From Octopus bimaculoides (lineage: Eukaryota), in the NCBI RefSeq assembly GCF_001194135.2, contig NC_068999.1:47540881-47604880 (forward strand): DNA of 64,000 nucleotides, in the 5' to 3' direction. A program made the translations under genes and the position numbers. The notes under the pieces are model-generated. The model did not search any database and was not told the origin of the DNA. It worked only from the letters and a program-made list of their open reading frames with translations. Shown one piece after another: positions 11,175-22,795 of the stretch (positions are counted from its first letter, which is position 1; each line of letters starts with the position of its first letter).

Positions 11175-11187
11175 GTTGCTAAGTAAC
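11175..11187. promoter_or_regulatory. RFX X-box-like motif GTTGCTAAGTAAC, 8-20 nt upstream of the AK9 ATG
   Basis: Reverse complement GTTACTTAGCAAC is close to the RFX consensus GTTNCCTAGCAAC; AK9 is a cilia/flagella-associated gene. Confidence 0.6.
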
Positions 11188-12551
11188 AAAAAACTGTTTT
11201 AATTTTTGTTATTTATTGACGCAGGTTATTTAGCTCCAAAACAATATTTTTACAAATTAATATATTGTTGTTATTTTAAATATTCTAATACTTCTCAATA
11301 TATTTTGAAATTTTTTTAAACCTTCAGTGGTATCAAGGCTAGATATTTAAACGCTGTAGGGTGTTTTATATTCGTTAGGAATTAAAGATTGATAAACAAA
11401 AGGTGATTGTCTCGCCTCTTGATCCTGTCAGCTAAGCCAGCCACATTATGACAATAAATGTGTGTAACACACCTGCTATTTATTTATAAATGTATATAGT
11501 ATATGCAGTAAATGTTCGTTTCTCACTAATCTTTCATATCAAATTTCTTGTTTTTTCATAGGATTTACCTGTTAGAAGTATCACGTTCACACATTTGGTG
11601 ACACAAAAGGCAGTAAAACTTTTTCACGTCTGTTTGCATGCATTTTATACACTTTTCTGTTTATGTTTTATCAAGGTGTAATGTACATTTCTTTTTTTCT
11701 GTATTCCAGGTTATAATACTCATGCTGTCAAGAGTGTAATGAATATGTTTTGAACCATCACTCGATTACTTATGAAATAAAATTACACCGTGGCGCTATC
11801 AGTTTGACCATCGACAGTCAAATAGGGGTGAACTTACTCAAGGTAGATAGTTATCTAGAAACTAATTAGAAATACTAATGTGATGACGAAAGGAGCTGAT
11901 CAATATCATTTTGATCATTATTTCGATAGGTACGGGAGACAACTCTAAACTTATTTTCGACCTTATAAAACCTGCACAGAGAAGCGTACATTTTATCGAA
12001 CTTGTCGAAGTAGTGCTAAAGGAAGCTATAAGAAAATACCCAGTTTAGTTATATAAACTGTCCATGACGTTTTGCTTTACAGTGCTGTAATTTCATTTGA
12101 TAATTTCCCCTATCACTATCTCGCTAAGTACAGTGCGGTTATGTTTTACTAATGAGGTCTAATATGACCAAACCATGTGGGGGATTGTCTCCCTTACTTG
12201 AAATAATTTTAAAAAATAACATTTTTACCAAAATAATAAATTAAATTTATGTGAAGATCAGTCAGCTTGTTTTGTCCCCAGAGTTGGTGCCCCTCTGTCC
12301 CTCTCACACCAAAGTCAGTCTATCTTTTTTTTTTTATTTCTCAGTAGTTTTAGGCATATGAAGCTTTAAAATGCCTTTTAAAAGGTTATGAAACAACAAA
12401 AGGCCAGGTGCAAAATAGCATCCCATCCACTCTTCCACAAAGAGCTGTTTGACTTCTGTAACAAGACCTACAAAGGAAACGAACCAACAGCCTTCTTGAA
12501 GTCTTCAGTTATTCCACTTTCACAGAAAGATGATCCTGTGAGCCAATTTGG

Positions 12552-12634
12552 TATATATATATATATATATATANNNNNNNNNNNNNNNNNNNNNNNNNNN
12601 NNNNNNNNNNNNNNNNNNNNNNNNNNNNNNNNNG

Positions 12635-12697
<63 letters not shown>

Positions 12698-12742
12698 GTA
12701 GGTAGGTAGGTAGGTAGGTAGGTAGGTAGGTAGGTAGGTAGG
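12552..12742. repeat. (TA)n - gap - (GATA)n(GGTA)n microsatellite
   Basis: Directly visible. Confidence 0.95.
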
Positions 12743-13129
12743 CAGACTTCGATCAGGTGATCGCAATAATCCTCCATAAGAAGTCAATGTTACAAAGTAA
12801 GGATGCCTTAGTATATTGTCTTCTTAGAAAATGGCCAGATGTTATGACTCATCATGTGTGTGTGTGTGTGTGTGTGCGTGTGTGTGTGTGTTTGTGAAGG
12901 TTTGAATAGCGCAATGATGTCATCGTCCTGTGATTGAAACTAAATGCCTGCTCGCTCCTAACCTATGAATGTTAGAAATTGTTTCCAACCGACATTTTAT
13001 TTCCGGTTTGTCCTCAAAACAGACATTTTTCTTATTGTTTGGCAAATTGCCGGGGAAAAAAAAAAGAATCCAGAAGAAACTTAAATCCTATTATGTGACC
13101 TTTGTTACTCGTTATTGTAACATTATTAC

Positions 13130-13950
13130 TGTTCATACAGCGCTCGAAGCATTGCTGCTGACTTGTGATGATATGTCGAACAGCTGTTGTCACATGCAGG
13201 AGAATCCGGCAGTTGACAGAATCCATCATGAAGATCGTACTGTCGTCTTCCTTTTGCCGGAAAGAGCAGGCAATTTTCCTCTGTCTGTGGCTATGGCGAA
13301 AGGGGTTGTGTGGTGGACGAGACGAAAACGACAAAAGAAAGACACTTTCCTCTTCGATCAAGGCCTCATTGATTTAAAATTTCCATTGGAAAAGGAAGGT
13401 GAGAGCTGAAAGAGATGTGATGTCTTCCAGCAGCTCAATCCCGTATCGTATAGATCCATCGCGTCAGTTTCCCGATTTCTGTGACGTATATATTCCCCAC
13501 TGAACGAGACGCCTGTCCATAGCAGGAATATTCATTTTTACTAGCTGTTTGGACTGGTGTAACATGAAACGAAGTATTTTGCTCAAGAACACAACGCATT
13601 GCTCAGTCCAGGAATCGAAACCACAATCTTATGATAATGACCCCAACATCCTAACCACTAGGCCACGTGCCTTCACTGTTTCCCAGTAAATTTGTTAAAA
13701 GATGGGTGAATGGGGAGAGGATGCTCCGAGTGAGTGAGCCTAACCTGGCGTTTGTAGGCTGGGGAATACGAAGAAGAGATGAGCACTTGCTATGGTACCT
13801 CTGGTCAGTAGAGTGGCTCGAGATCTTCGGGGTTCCATTGTTGCACTTGGGTGGTTTTTCACCCCTTTTTGGAGATTTTGTTTGAAAAGATTAAAAAAGA
13901 TATTTTTGCAAATTGTTATTGTTTTCTTGTTTACACGTTTAGAAGAAGCA
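13130..13950 (+). mobile_element. Tx1/L1-clade LINE ORF2 C-terminus and 3' UTR relic, interrupted by a SINE
   Basis: Frameshifted ...VAMAKGVVWWTRRK...FHWKRKVRAERDVMSS[SINE]KFVKRWV. Confidence 0.65.
13431..13680 (-). mobile_element. SINE family C inserted in the Tx1 relic
   Basis: Minus-strand head tgaaggcacgtggcctagtggttagg...ggtttcgattcctgg (A and B boxes); flanks TTCCAG / TCCCAG. Confidence 0.8.
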
Positions 13951-14727
13951 CTTAGAAAAGGCATCGCAACCGATGTGATGCCGACGAGATTGGCCCTGGA
14001 CCAAAACTTCAACGCTACACACGAAGGATGCATTGTCAGAGCTAAGACGCGTGTTCTAAGAAACGAGGGAACGATGACCCGCGAGTGGAAGAGGTGCAAC
14101 GTGGCAATAAAGCCAGTTTGGTCTTTGGTGGTTCTCAAACCGGAGTAGAGGTGTGCAATGTTTCAGCAGTATTTCGCCCAGCTGTTTGGGACGAATGGCA
14201 AGCCGGAAAGCAGGATGGACTCCAGTGCCTATTTCAATGGCATTTCACCACTCTCAGCAAGGGGAGTGGAGCGTTGTGAAATGTTGATAACAACCACGGA
14301 AATATGGGATGCGATGACGGGCACTATGGTGATCAAATTGCTTGGTTTAGATGGTCTGCCCTGTGAGATTTACTTTTATATGCTAGACTTGTTTGACAGC
14401 CTCTTAGCAGATATCTACCGCAACTCGTAGCAACTCCCAGCAGGATGGAAGAATTCCTAGCTCGGTAAGTCGAAGAGTGGTGGCATTGCTGAGAAAGGAC
14501 CCAAACAAGGGGGATCAAATAGAAAATTTTGGGCCCATAACGCTGCTGAACGCAGATTTAAAAATTTTAGCCATGGCGTTAATGAGGTTGGTGCTTGTCC
14601 TAGAGAAGTTTATTAGTGATGCTCAAAGTGTGCCATCCCAAGCAGATCAATCTACGATCACTTCCATCTCATGCAATACATCGTTGACAATGTGAATAAA
14701 GAAGCTGGCATGGGTGGGTCCCTGATC
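13950..14727 (+). mobile_element. Tx1/L1-clade LINE linker and reverse transcriptase N-terminal relic
   Basis: GLDGLPCEIY, VALLRKDPNKGDQIENFGPITLLNADLKILA and AIPSRSIYDHFHLMQYI, with stops and frameshifts. Confidence 0.85.
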
Positions 14728-15041
14728 TATTATTATTATTATTATTATTATTAATATTATTATTATTATTGAGTGAGAGAGCAGTGCATGCCATCAAAGT
14801 GACACTGGGGTAAAATATACGAAGCCCATTATACCCATCATGACTACCCGTCTGATAAGGGTACACCAGGCACATGCATCACAACCATATATGCGTGACA
14901 TAGCGATCTCATATCAAAATAAACAGCGCATGACCTTGCAGATGGGGCCCAGTTAGAATTTTCTTCAGGTCGAGTAGCCCATCCCGCTCAAAAGGTCCCT
15001 GAATAAGGTTTGTTTAAGGATGTTGAACGAAACACCCATGT
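14727..15041 (-). mobile_element. Retroposon 3' end with (TAA)n tail, truncated by a gap
   Basis: (TAT)n followed by GC-richer gagtgagagagcagtgcatgcc...gaaacacccatgt; cuts off the Tx1 RT relic. Confidence 0.55.
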
Positions 15042-15337
15042 NNNNNNNNNNNNNNNNNNNNNNNNNNNNNNNNNNNNNNNNNNNNNNNNNNNNNNNNNNN
15101 NNNNNNNNNNNNNNNNNNNNNNNNNNNNNNNNNNNNNNNNNNNNNNNNNNNNNNNNNNNNNNNNNNNNNNNNNNNNNNNNNNNNNNNNNNNNNNNNNNNN
15201 NNNNNNNNNNNNNNNNNNNNNNNNNNNNNNNNNNNNNNNNNNNNNNNNNNNNNNNNNNNNNNNNNNNNNNNNNNNNNNNNNNNNNNNNNNNNNNNNNNNN
15301 NNNNNNNNNNNNNNNNNNNNNNNNNNCGTCGTCATCG

Positions 15338-15383
<46 letters not shown>

Positions 15384-15834
15384 TATTATTATTATTATTA
15401 TTATTATTCAGACAGTCATCGACCAAAATTCATTTATAAAAGTGTAATATCTGATGACGGAACACAATGATATAAATGAAATATAATAGTGATAATAACG
15501 ATTAATGGGGGGTTATACTACACACGTGACATAACTGGAAACGTGACATACATAGCAGGCATATGACGGCTACATTCCTCACCCATCCCACAAGATTAGT
15601 TTTCCTCTTCATAATAAACTCGTATTTTAGTGCTTATCAATTACGAAACATTTAGGTCAATACTGCTGCTAAGAAACAACAAGAGAAATTTTAGGATATT
15701 TTCTCTTTGGCTGTCACTTTTCAATTCCTTTTTGTTCCAATTCATTTCAAATTTGGTGTATTTATGTAGTTTCGCATGCTAATTACGGAAAGGAAATTCA
15801 TTTTTGCCATAAATTTATAAGTAAAAAGTTAATA

Positions 15835-16000
15835 GGCGCAGGCATGGCTGTGTAGTAAGAAGCTTGCTTCCCAACTACATGGCTCCGGTTTCAGACCCAT
15901 TGCGTGACACCTCGGGCAAGTGTCTTCTACTATAGCCTCGGGCCGACCAAACCCTTGTGAGTGAACTTGGTACACGGAAACTGAAAGCTCATCGTATATA
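15835..16000 (+). mobile_element. SINE family B 5' part (tRNA head + CORE-like domain)
   Basis: ggcgcaggcatggctgtgtagtaagaagcttgcttccc...gggcaagtgtcttctactatagcc. Confidence 0.85.
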
Positions 16001-16003
16001 TGA

Positions 16004-16440
16004 TATAGTTAGTTTAGTTTGGCCGTCTTACCGGTCGCTTCAATGATTTCACATAAGCACGTCATCCACCATGGTCCCCCCCCCCATGTATGCTCTTAAT
16101 TCCTTAACATTTGCCATTCCACTGCCTTGAAGCAAATTGTCCACAGAGGTTAGACGTTTTCTTCCCCTATTGATTCATCCTTCAGTTGACTGCCATGAGA
16201 CCAGTTGACACAGGTTCTTCTGGACGCCTGATGCAATGACCAGCAATTTTCATTCTTCTCTACTGAATCTTGATCAGTCACTTCAGATAGATCTTGATAA
16301 AGCTGCTCATTAGTTAATTTGTCATGGATTGCTTAGTTTAATTGTTCATAGCGCTAAACCGGAGCTTGGGAGGTACGGGTTTCGATTCTCTATAGTATGA
16401 GACCAATATAATCTTAAACTCACTTAGAATTTTGACTTCT
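16004..16440 (-). mobile_element. RTE-clade LINE C-terminal relic
   Basis: Minus strand reads DKLTNEQLYQDLSEVTD... followed by a degenerate AGHCIR-like block. Confidence 0.55.
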
Positions 16441-16879
16441 AGTTGTTAATCATGGCTTACATTCACAATGAATGCAGGGAAGGCCATTATTCTGTTACAT
16501 AACAAATATTTATTGTGTATTTCAGATTCAAATTGGTAAAGTTCTTTTCTAAAACAACCCAATGTATCCTCACAAATCAGAATGGTAGAAACCACAAGAG
16601 AAAACAGAAAAAAAAAAAAAAAATAGATAGCCGATACTCTTCCAGGTAGAATTAATAACACTCAAACATTTCCTGCTGAAGGTTTCCAGGTTCCTCTGTT
16701 TTGGAAGAATTAGAAGAAACAATTGAAATCCCATTGTGTGATTTTTTTGGAGAAGAAGCTGAAATAATTATGGCTGAACCAAATAAATAGTACCAATAAA
16801 TAAATAAATGAATAAAATAAAATAAAATAAAATGTGACCCCCAGATCTAAAATCTGGCGACAAGCCTGCTTATGTCTAA

Positions 16880-17080
16880 TATATGCCACAGGTTTCCACG
16901 CAGTTTCCGCCTACTAAATCCATTCGCAAAGTAGCTGTTGACCCAAGGTTAAAAAAAGAAGACTTGCCCAAGTTGTCGCGCACTGAAGACTTGCCCAAGT
17001 TGTCGCGCACTGAAACTGAACCCGAAACCACATGATTACAAGGCCAGCTTCTTAACTACACAGCCATGCCTGCGTCTATG
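16880..17080 (-). mobile_element. SINE family B 5' part with an internal 27-bp tandem duplication
   Basis: gaagacttgcccaagttgtcgcgcact x2 at 16958-17011. Confidence 0.8.
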
Positions 17081-17314
17081 ATTTTAATTTAACTCTTCTT
17101 TTCTAAACAATAAGCGTTTACTGTACATTTAATTCTCACAATAAAAATGTAAGTTTAGTGCAAATTTAAAGATTAATTTTGCGCTTCGACTTCCTCAACA
17201 CGACACTTCGCACAATAAGTTTTCAGATTTATAATTTGTTATAATTTTTATATATTTTATTTTACTGAAACTGTGTTTTGAAATAGATTTTAAATTAAAC
17301 CTTTTTGGTAGTCC

Positions 17315-17535
17315 CTAATATTGGTTTCAAATTTTGGCACAAGGCCTGCAATTTCGGCGGCGAGGTTAACCCGATTACATCGACCCTCCGCCGCACTAGT
17401 GTTCAACTGGTATTTATTTTATACGACCTCGAAAGAGATGAAAAGCAAAGTGGACCTCGGCGGCATTTGAACTCAGGACATAAAGATGAAAGAAAGGTTG
17501 CTAAGCATTTTGCCCGCTCGCCGCCCTCGGCACGG
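17315..17535 (-). mobile_element. SINE family A
   Basis: caactggtatttattttatacgacctcgaaagagatgaaaagcaaagtggacctcggcggcatttgaactcag. Confidence 0.8.
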
Positions 17536-17780
17536 GCTACCGCTACTCAGGTTACGTCTAATCAAATGGTTAAAAATTAGTTTAAACTAAAAAAAAAAAG
17601 AAGTAAAGAGAGTAAAGAAAAGAAAAACAAAACTATTTGTGATGTGTAATCAGTGATTTTGTGTATTGTTGCTTTTCTGGTCTCGGGTTTTTGAAAGGAG
17701 CTTTATCATTATCAGTCAGTAGTCAGCTGGTTTCATTAATCAAACAGCAACTGGTTTTGTTCCTCTTTACACCGGAATTC

Positions 17781-17821
17781 ATGGAAAACATTAAAAGACG
17801 GGAAAATCCAAACGTTCCAAA
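17781..17821 (+). CDS. Candidate distal alternative first coding exon of malic enzyme: MENIKRRENPNVP(K)
   Basis: ATG, 41 nt, gtaagt donor, phase 2 in frame with exon 33938; TCAGTC Inr-like motif at 17712-17717; no homology support. Confidence 0.35.
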
Positions 17822-18514
17822 GTAAGTTTATCATTTAGACTAAGCTCAATCTGTCTACATTTATATAATACGTGGGTGGTGTATATGTTTATAATACGTG
17901 TGTATATTTATTGTTTTTATACATTCTGTGGGTGTGGACGGGGACCCAATATATTGAAAATTATTTTGTTAACGACCAGAATTACGTATTTTCTATGCTA
18001 TATCGGAATATTGAAGACAATTTACATTCTTAAATTGTCATTTGAGATTTCGTTTTCTTTTACTTTATACACACACACAAATATATATATATTTTTTAAT
18101 GATACATCTATCATTTAAAACTATTTCGACTTAAAATTTGCTAAAGATTTAAACTTAACAATTGAATATTAATTTTTACATACAAAAAAAAAAATAAATA
18201 AATTACGATTCTAGTGAATTTTCGTCCGCTAAATTCTCACAACTCGCCCGTAGTAATTTATGTAACAGTGGAAAGTCCGTTGCGACAATTTGGCATTAGC
18301 GTTGTGTCCTTCATTAAGAATGTTCGCTGACAAACGTCATGTAGCGCAACTAAAAGAAAATCGATGCACAACTGTAGACAAACAAGAGATTAGATTTTCT
18401 TCACATCACTCCCTACTGTCTAGAAACTGAATTAATGTAGTCTTTAGATACACAATGACTGAAAACAAAGGATGAGTTAGTTGTAGCTGGGTTGTTTTTG
18501 ATGACGGCTATTAT

Positions 18515-18720
18515 CGTTCAGCGGCGAGCTGGCCAGAATCTTTAACACGTCGGACGAATTGCTTAGCGGCGTTTCTTCCGGCTTTTTATGCTGAGTTCAA
18601 ATCCAGCCTTTCATCCCTTCGGAGTTGATAAAATAAAGTACCAGTGAAATACTGGAGTTGATGTAGTCGACGTGTACCCTCCCCTAAAAAAAAAAACATG
18701 TCCCTGATCCCTGCAACAGT
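18515..18720 (+). mobile_element. SINE family A
   Basis: gcggcgagctggccagaatc...gagttcaaatcc...tttcatcccttcggagttgataaaataaagtaccag. Confidence 0.8.
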
Positions 18721-19290
18721 ATTGTAACCTTGGTCACTTATAGGACATAGAAACTGGCTGACCAGCCTTATGAGTTCTAGGACGCGAGAGTAATATATAT
18801 NNNNNNNNNNNNNNNNNNNNNNNNNNNNNNNNNNNTATATATATATATATATATATATATATCGTTGATAGACGACCTGAGGCGAAATATCAATAATAAC
18901 AACAAAATAAAGTTACCACCTGTTACTTGTCAGTGTGTACAGTTCGTTACTGCGACAATCTCCAGCCATCATAGTCCACACACTTCATGCTCAATCGCTC
19001 CCACAAAGAAAAAGGAAAAAAAAAAAAAAAGAAACTACTATAAAAAACATACCAGGTTTCCCAATCAGTCAAGGTAAATATATAAAACACTTAAAAGTAG
19101 AAATACCACTAGCATAATTAGTTTAATTAACTCTCCCAACACCACCACCACCACCAAACATTATACTTGAATGTACACCATCAATGATAAGTGCAAAGTG
19201 ACCATAACCATTGTCCTATTCTCTAATTCCATTGTAACTACTACTAGAATTAATAGATGTACTAATGTATACTGTATAGATGGGTGACCT

Positions 19291-19507
19291 GTTAAGACTG
19301 TCACACTGGCCTTCATATAATTAATTAATGTAACCTGGAACGATATGTCTATTGGACTCATCTGGTCATTTAATCAACTCCCTGCATGTCAAGACTATCA
19401 CACTGACCTCCTTGCAATTAACTAGTGCATAGTTTACCTGCAATGATACATCTGTAGGACACACCTGGTCATTTAATCAATGACTTGTACGTTAAGACTG
19501 CCACACT
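19291..19507. repeat. Degenerate ~100-bp tandem repeat (about 2.2 units)
   Basis: Units start gttaagactgtcacact (19291), gtcaagactatcacact (19388), gttaagactgccacact (19491); the first two share ctggtcatttaatcaa. Confidence 0.75.
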
Positions 19508-20209
19508 ACACCCTCATACACATAATCATTCACCTACATGCCATAAGTTCCTTGATTGGGACTAAACCCAACAAGAACATCATCATCGTTTAACATCCGC
19601 TTTCCATGCTGGCATGGGTTGGACAGCTTGGCATGGAGCTGGTCAGCTTTATTTAGTCCAGAGTTATAGTAAAAGGCACTTGCTCAAAGTACTGCACAGT
19701 GAGACTGAACCCAAGACCACATGGTCATGAAACAAGCTTCAGTTCTGTCCTGACTAAACCCAGAATTTGTTGTTGACCTACAAAACTTGATAAATCACCA
19801 TTCACTAGTTTTTGACCCTGTCTCCCATTTGGTTGGTAATCTTAGTCAACAAAATCAACATTGGCAATTGTGAATTTAGTAGCTTCTGAATAATAGTAAG
19901 TGCTAATTTATAGGAATTGTGGTCTTGGCTTAAAATATCTACCAAACTAACTGCTTAACCAAGCTAATACTACAGTATTTGTCAGTTGACAACAAATTGT
20001 TAAAAAATTTTTTTATATATATTTTTTTGTTCTCATTGCAGCTGTTTGTATAAATGAAATAAAGTTTTTTGATCCAACTTCTGTAATACCATAGCAACAG
20101 TTTATGAATATAATAATACAACTCTACCTGGGTATTGATTTTTCTTTTTATAGTGGTGCTCCAGCTCAGGCCAACCCACCTGTAAAAGGAATAAAAATCA
20201 CGACTTTTA

Positions 20210-20440
20210 TTTATATGCAGATTCTTCAAGCTGAGCCAAATGGCAGGAGACCTTGGGGTAGACCAAGAGTGAGATGGCTGGATAACATCCATTGTCTCAG
20301 TTGGTCGTGTTTGGGAGTCTAGCAGGAATGTCTAATGACGATTGCTTTTGATACAACCCTATGGAGGAGGTGTCTAAGGGCTTTTCCTCCATGACTCTCC
20401 CAGGAATAGTGGATGGAGATGATGGATGGATGGATAAGCA
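20210..20440 (+). mobile_element. RTE-clade (Rex3/Expander-like) LINE 3' end relic
   Basis: AEPNGRRPWGRPRVRWLDNIHCLSWSCLG with gatggatgg tail. Confidence 0.72.
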
Positions 20441-20628
20441 ATTGTGAAAAGATGATATGATAGTGGATTGAGTGAGGGTCTTTATAGCACATCCATTTAA
20501 CATATGACAGCAAGGATGAATGCACTATATGATCAAAAGATACTTTTGATACCGTTAGAATTTAATGAAAGCATTCAGTTGTCTATATTGACCTCATAAC
20601 GATGGCAATGGGTACTGTTTTTATTAAT

Positions 20629-21770
20629 ATTGGTTTTGAATTTTGGCACAAAGCCAGCAAATTTAGGGGCAGGGTGGGGAGTCGATTTCATCAACCTCAG
20701 TATTCAACTGGTACTCATCTAATTGATCCTGAAAGGACAAAGGGCATAGTCAGCCTCAGTTGAATTTGAACTTAGAATGTAGAAGACAGGCGAAATACCA
20801 CATTTTGCCCAATGTGCTTCTGATTCTGCCATTTTGCTGCCTTCTATTAATATTAGTTGCAAGCTGGCAGAATCATTAGGATATTGGATGAAATGCTCTG
20901 TGGAGTTTCTCCTAGCTTGTTATGCTCTAAATTCAAAGTCTATCTAGGTTGACTTTGCCTTTCATCTTTTTCATCCTTTTGCCATTGATGAAATACTTAC
21001 CAGTTGAGCAATGGAGATTGATATAATCAATTTCCCCACCTTCCAAAATTGTTGAATTTGTGCCAAAATAAGAAAGAATTATTATAATTATTTTTATTAA
21101 GGCAACGAGCTGGTAGAAACGTTAGCATGCTGGCTGAAATGCTTTGCAGTATTTCGTTCGTCTTTGTGTTCTGAGTTCAAATTCTGACAAAGTCGACTTT
21201 GCATTTCATCCTTTCAAGGTCGATAAAATAAATACCAGCTGAGTACTGGGGTCGATGTAATCTACTATACCCCTCCCACAAACTTCAGGCTTTGTGCTTG
21301 CAGTACAAAGGATTATTATTATCAAGATGGCAAGCTGGCAGAAACGTTAGCACGCCGGGCGAAATGCTTAGCGTTATTTCGTCTGTCTTCACGTTCTGAG
21401 TTCAAATTCCGCCGAGGTCGACTTTGCCTTTCATCCTTTTGGGGGTCCATAAATTAAGTACCAGTTACACACTGAGGTCGATGTAATTAACTTAATCCCT
21501 TTGTCTGTCCTTGTTTGTCCCCTCTATGTTTAACCCCTTGTAGGCAATAAAGAAATAAGAATCGTTAGCACACTGGACAAAATGCTTAACGGTATTTTGT
21601 CTGCTGCTACATCTGACTTCGAATTCCACCCAGGTTGAGTTTACCTTTCATCCTTTCGGGGTCAATAAATTAAGTACCAGTGAAATGCTGAGGTCAAAGT
21701 AATCAACTAGTCCCCTGCTCACAAATTTAAGGCCTTGTGCCTCCAGTAGAAAGGATTATTATTATTATTA
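20629..21770. mobile_element. Cluster of five SINE family A copies (one minus, four plus)
   Basis: Copies at ~20629-20843(-), 20859-21075, 21099-21320, 21325-21558 and 21559-21770(+). Confidence 0.85.
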
Positions 21771-22243
21771 CTGCAGTTGATGTTGTTGTTGTTGTTGTTA
21801 TTATTAAACTGTCGTTTCACCAAATTGTGGAACTTTGGATTTATTTCTGCAACATCCATAGCAACAACATCTGTTAATGTTTTTTCCAGATTATTCGTCA
21901 GTGCTAGTTAGGTCAAAACAGAATAAAAAGGTCAGATATTTTATCGCACTGGAACATAAATAAGACAGTAACAGTCAAAGGTGTCAACCATGTGATATAC
22001 TTTCACTCACAAACAATAACAAAACACAGAAGTTTGTTGTGTTCTGTTGTGACATGCACAGCCATTGGCACAAGTTTACCAACATGTACACATAATCACA
22101 ACACACACACACACATAAAAAGAGTCTTGCCACTTTGTTAATGAGTAGTTTGAGTTCTGCAAAGGACAAAACTTAAAATAAACCCTAAAGAACATACCTG
22201 TTATGTACAGTATGTAATACAGTGTATGTGTTGTATGTAATAT

Positions 22244-22795
22244 TAATGTATGCATGTATATATGTAATACATGTCTGTATATATGTAATGCATGTATGTA
22301 TAAATGTAATGTAACGTATGTATATATGTAAGTATGTATGTAATGTATGTGTGTATGCATGTATGTAATGTATGTGTGTTTGTATGTAATGTGTGTTTGT
22401 ATGTATGCATGCATGTATGTATGCATGCATGTATGTGTGTATGCATGTATGTAATGTATGTATGTATGTAATGTATGCCTGTATGTATATATGCATGCAT
22501 GCAATGTATGCATGAATGTAATGTATGCATGGATGCATGAATGTCATGCATGTAATGTATGAATGTAATGGTATGTATGTATGAATGTTGTGTGTGTATG
22601 TATGCCTGTAATGTTATGTAAGTATATATGTATAATGTGTATATGTATGTATGTATGTATGTAAGTATATATGTTATGTACGGTATGTAATGTATGTATG
22701 TAACACACGTAATGTAATGTATGTAATATAATATAATATGTATGTATGTATGTATGTATGTATGAATGTATGTGTATGTATGTAATTTATGTATA
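22244..22795. repeat. Compound (TATG)/(TAATG)/(CATG) microsatellite
   Basis: Directly visible; explains the His/Tyr/Thr ORFs. Confidence 0.95.

Noticed and set aside
12969-13409. 146-aa ORF
   Set aside because: Chimera of AT-rich flank and a frameshifted Tx1 LINE C-terminus
18865-19079. ORF ending at an AAG|GTAAAT donor in the phase that fits malic enzyme exon 33938
   Set aside because: No in-frame ATG (the track start is TTG) and it crosses a poly-A run; at most a non-coding exon, unsupported
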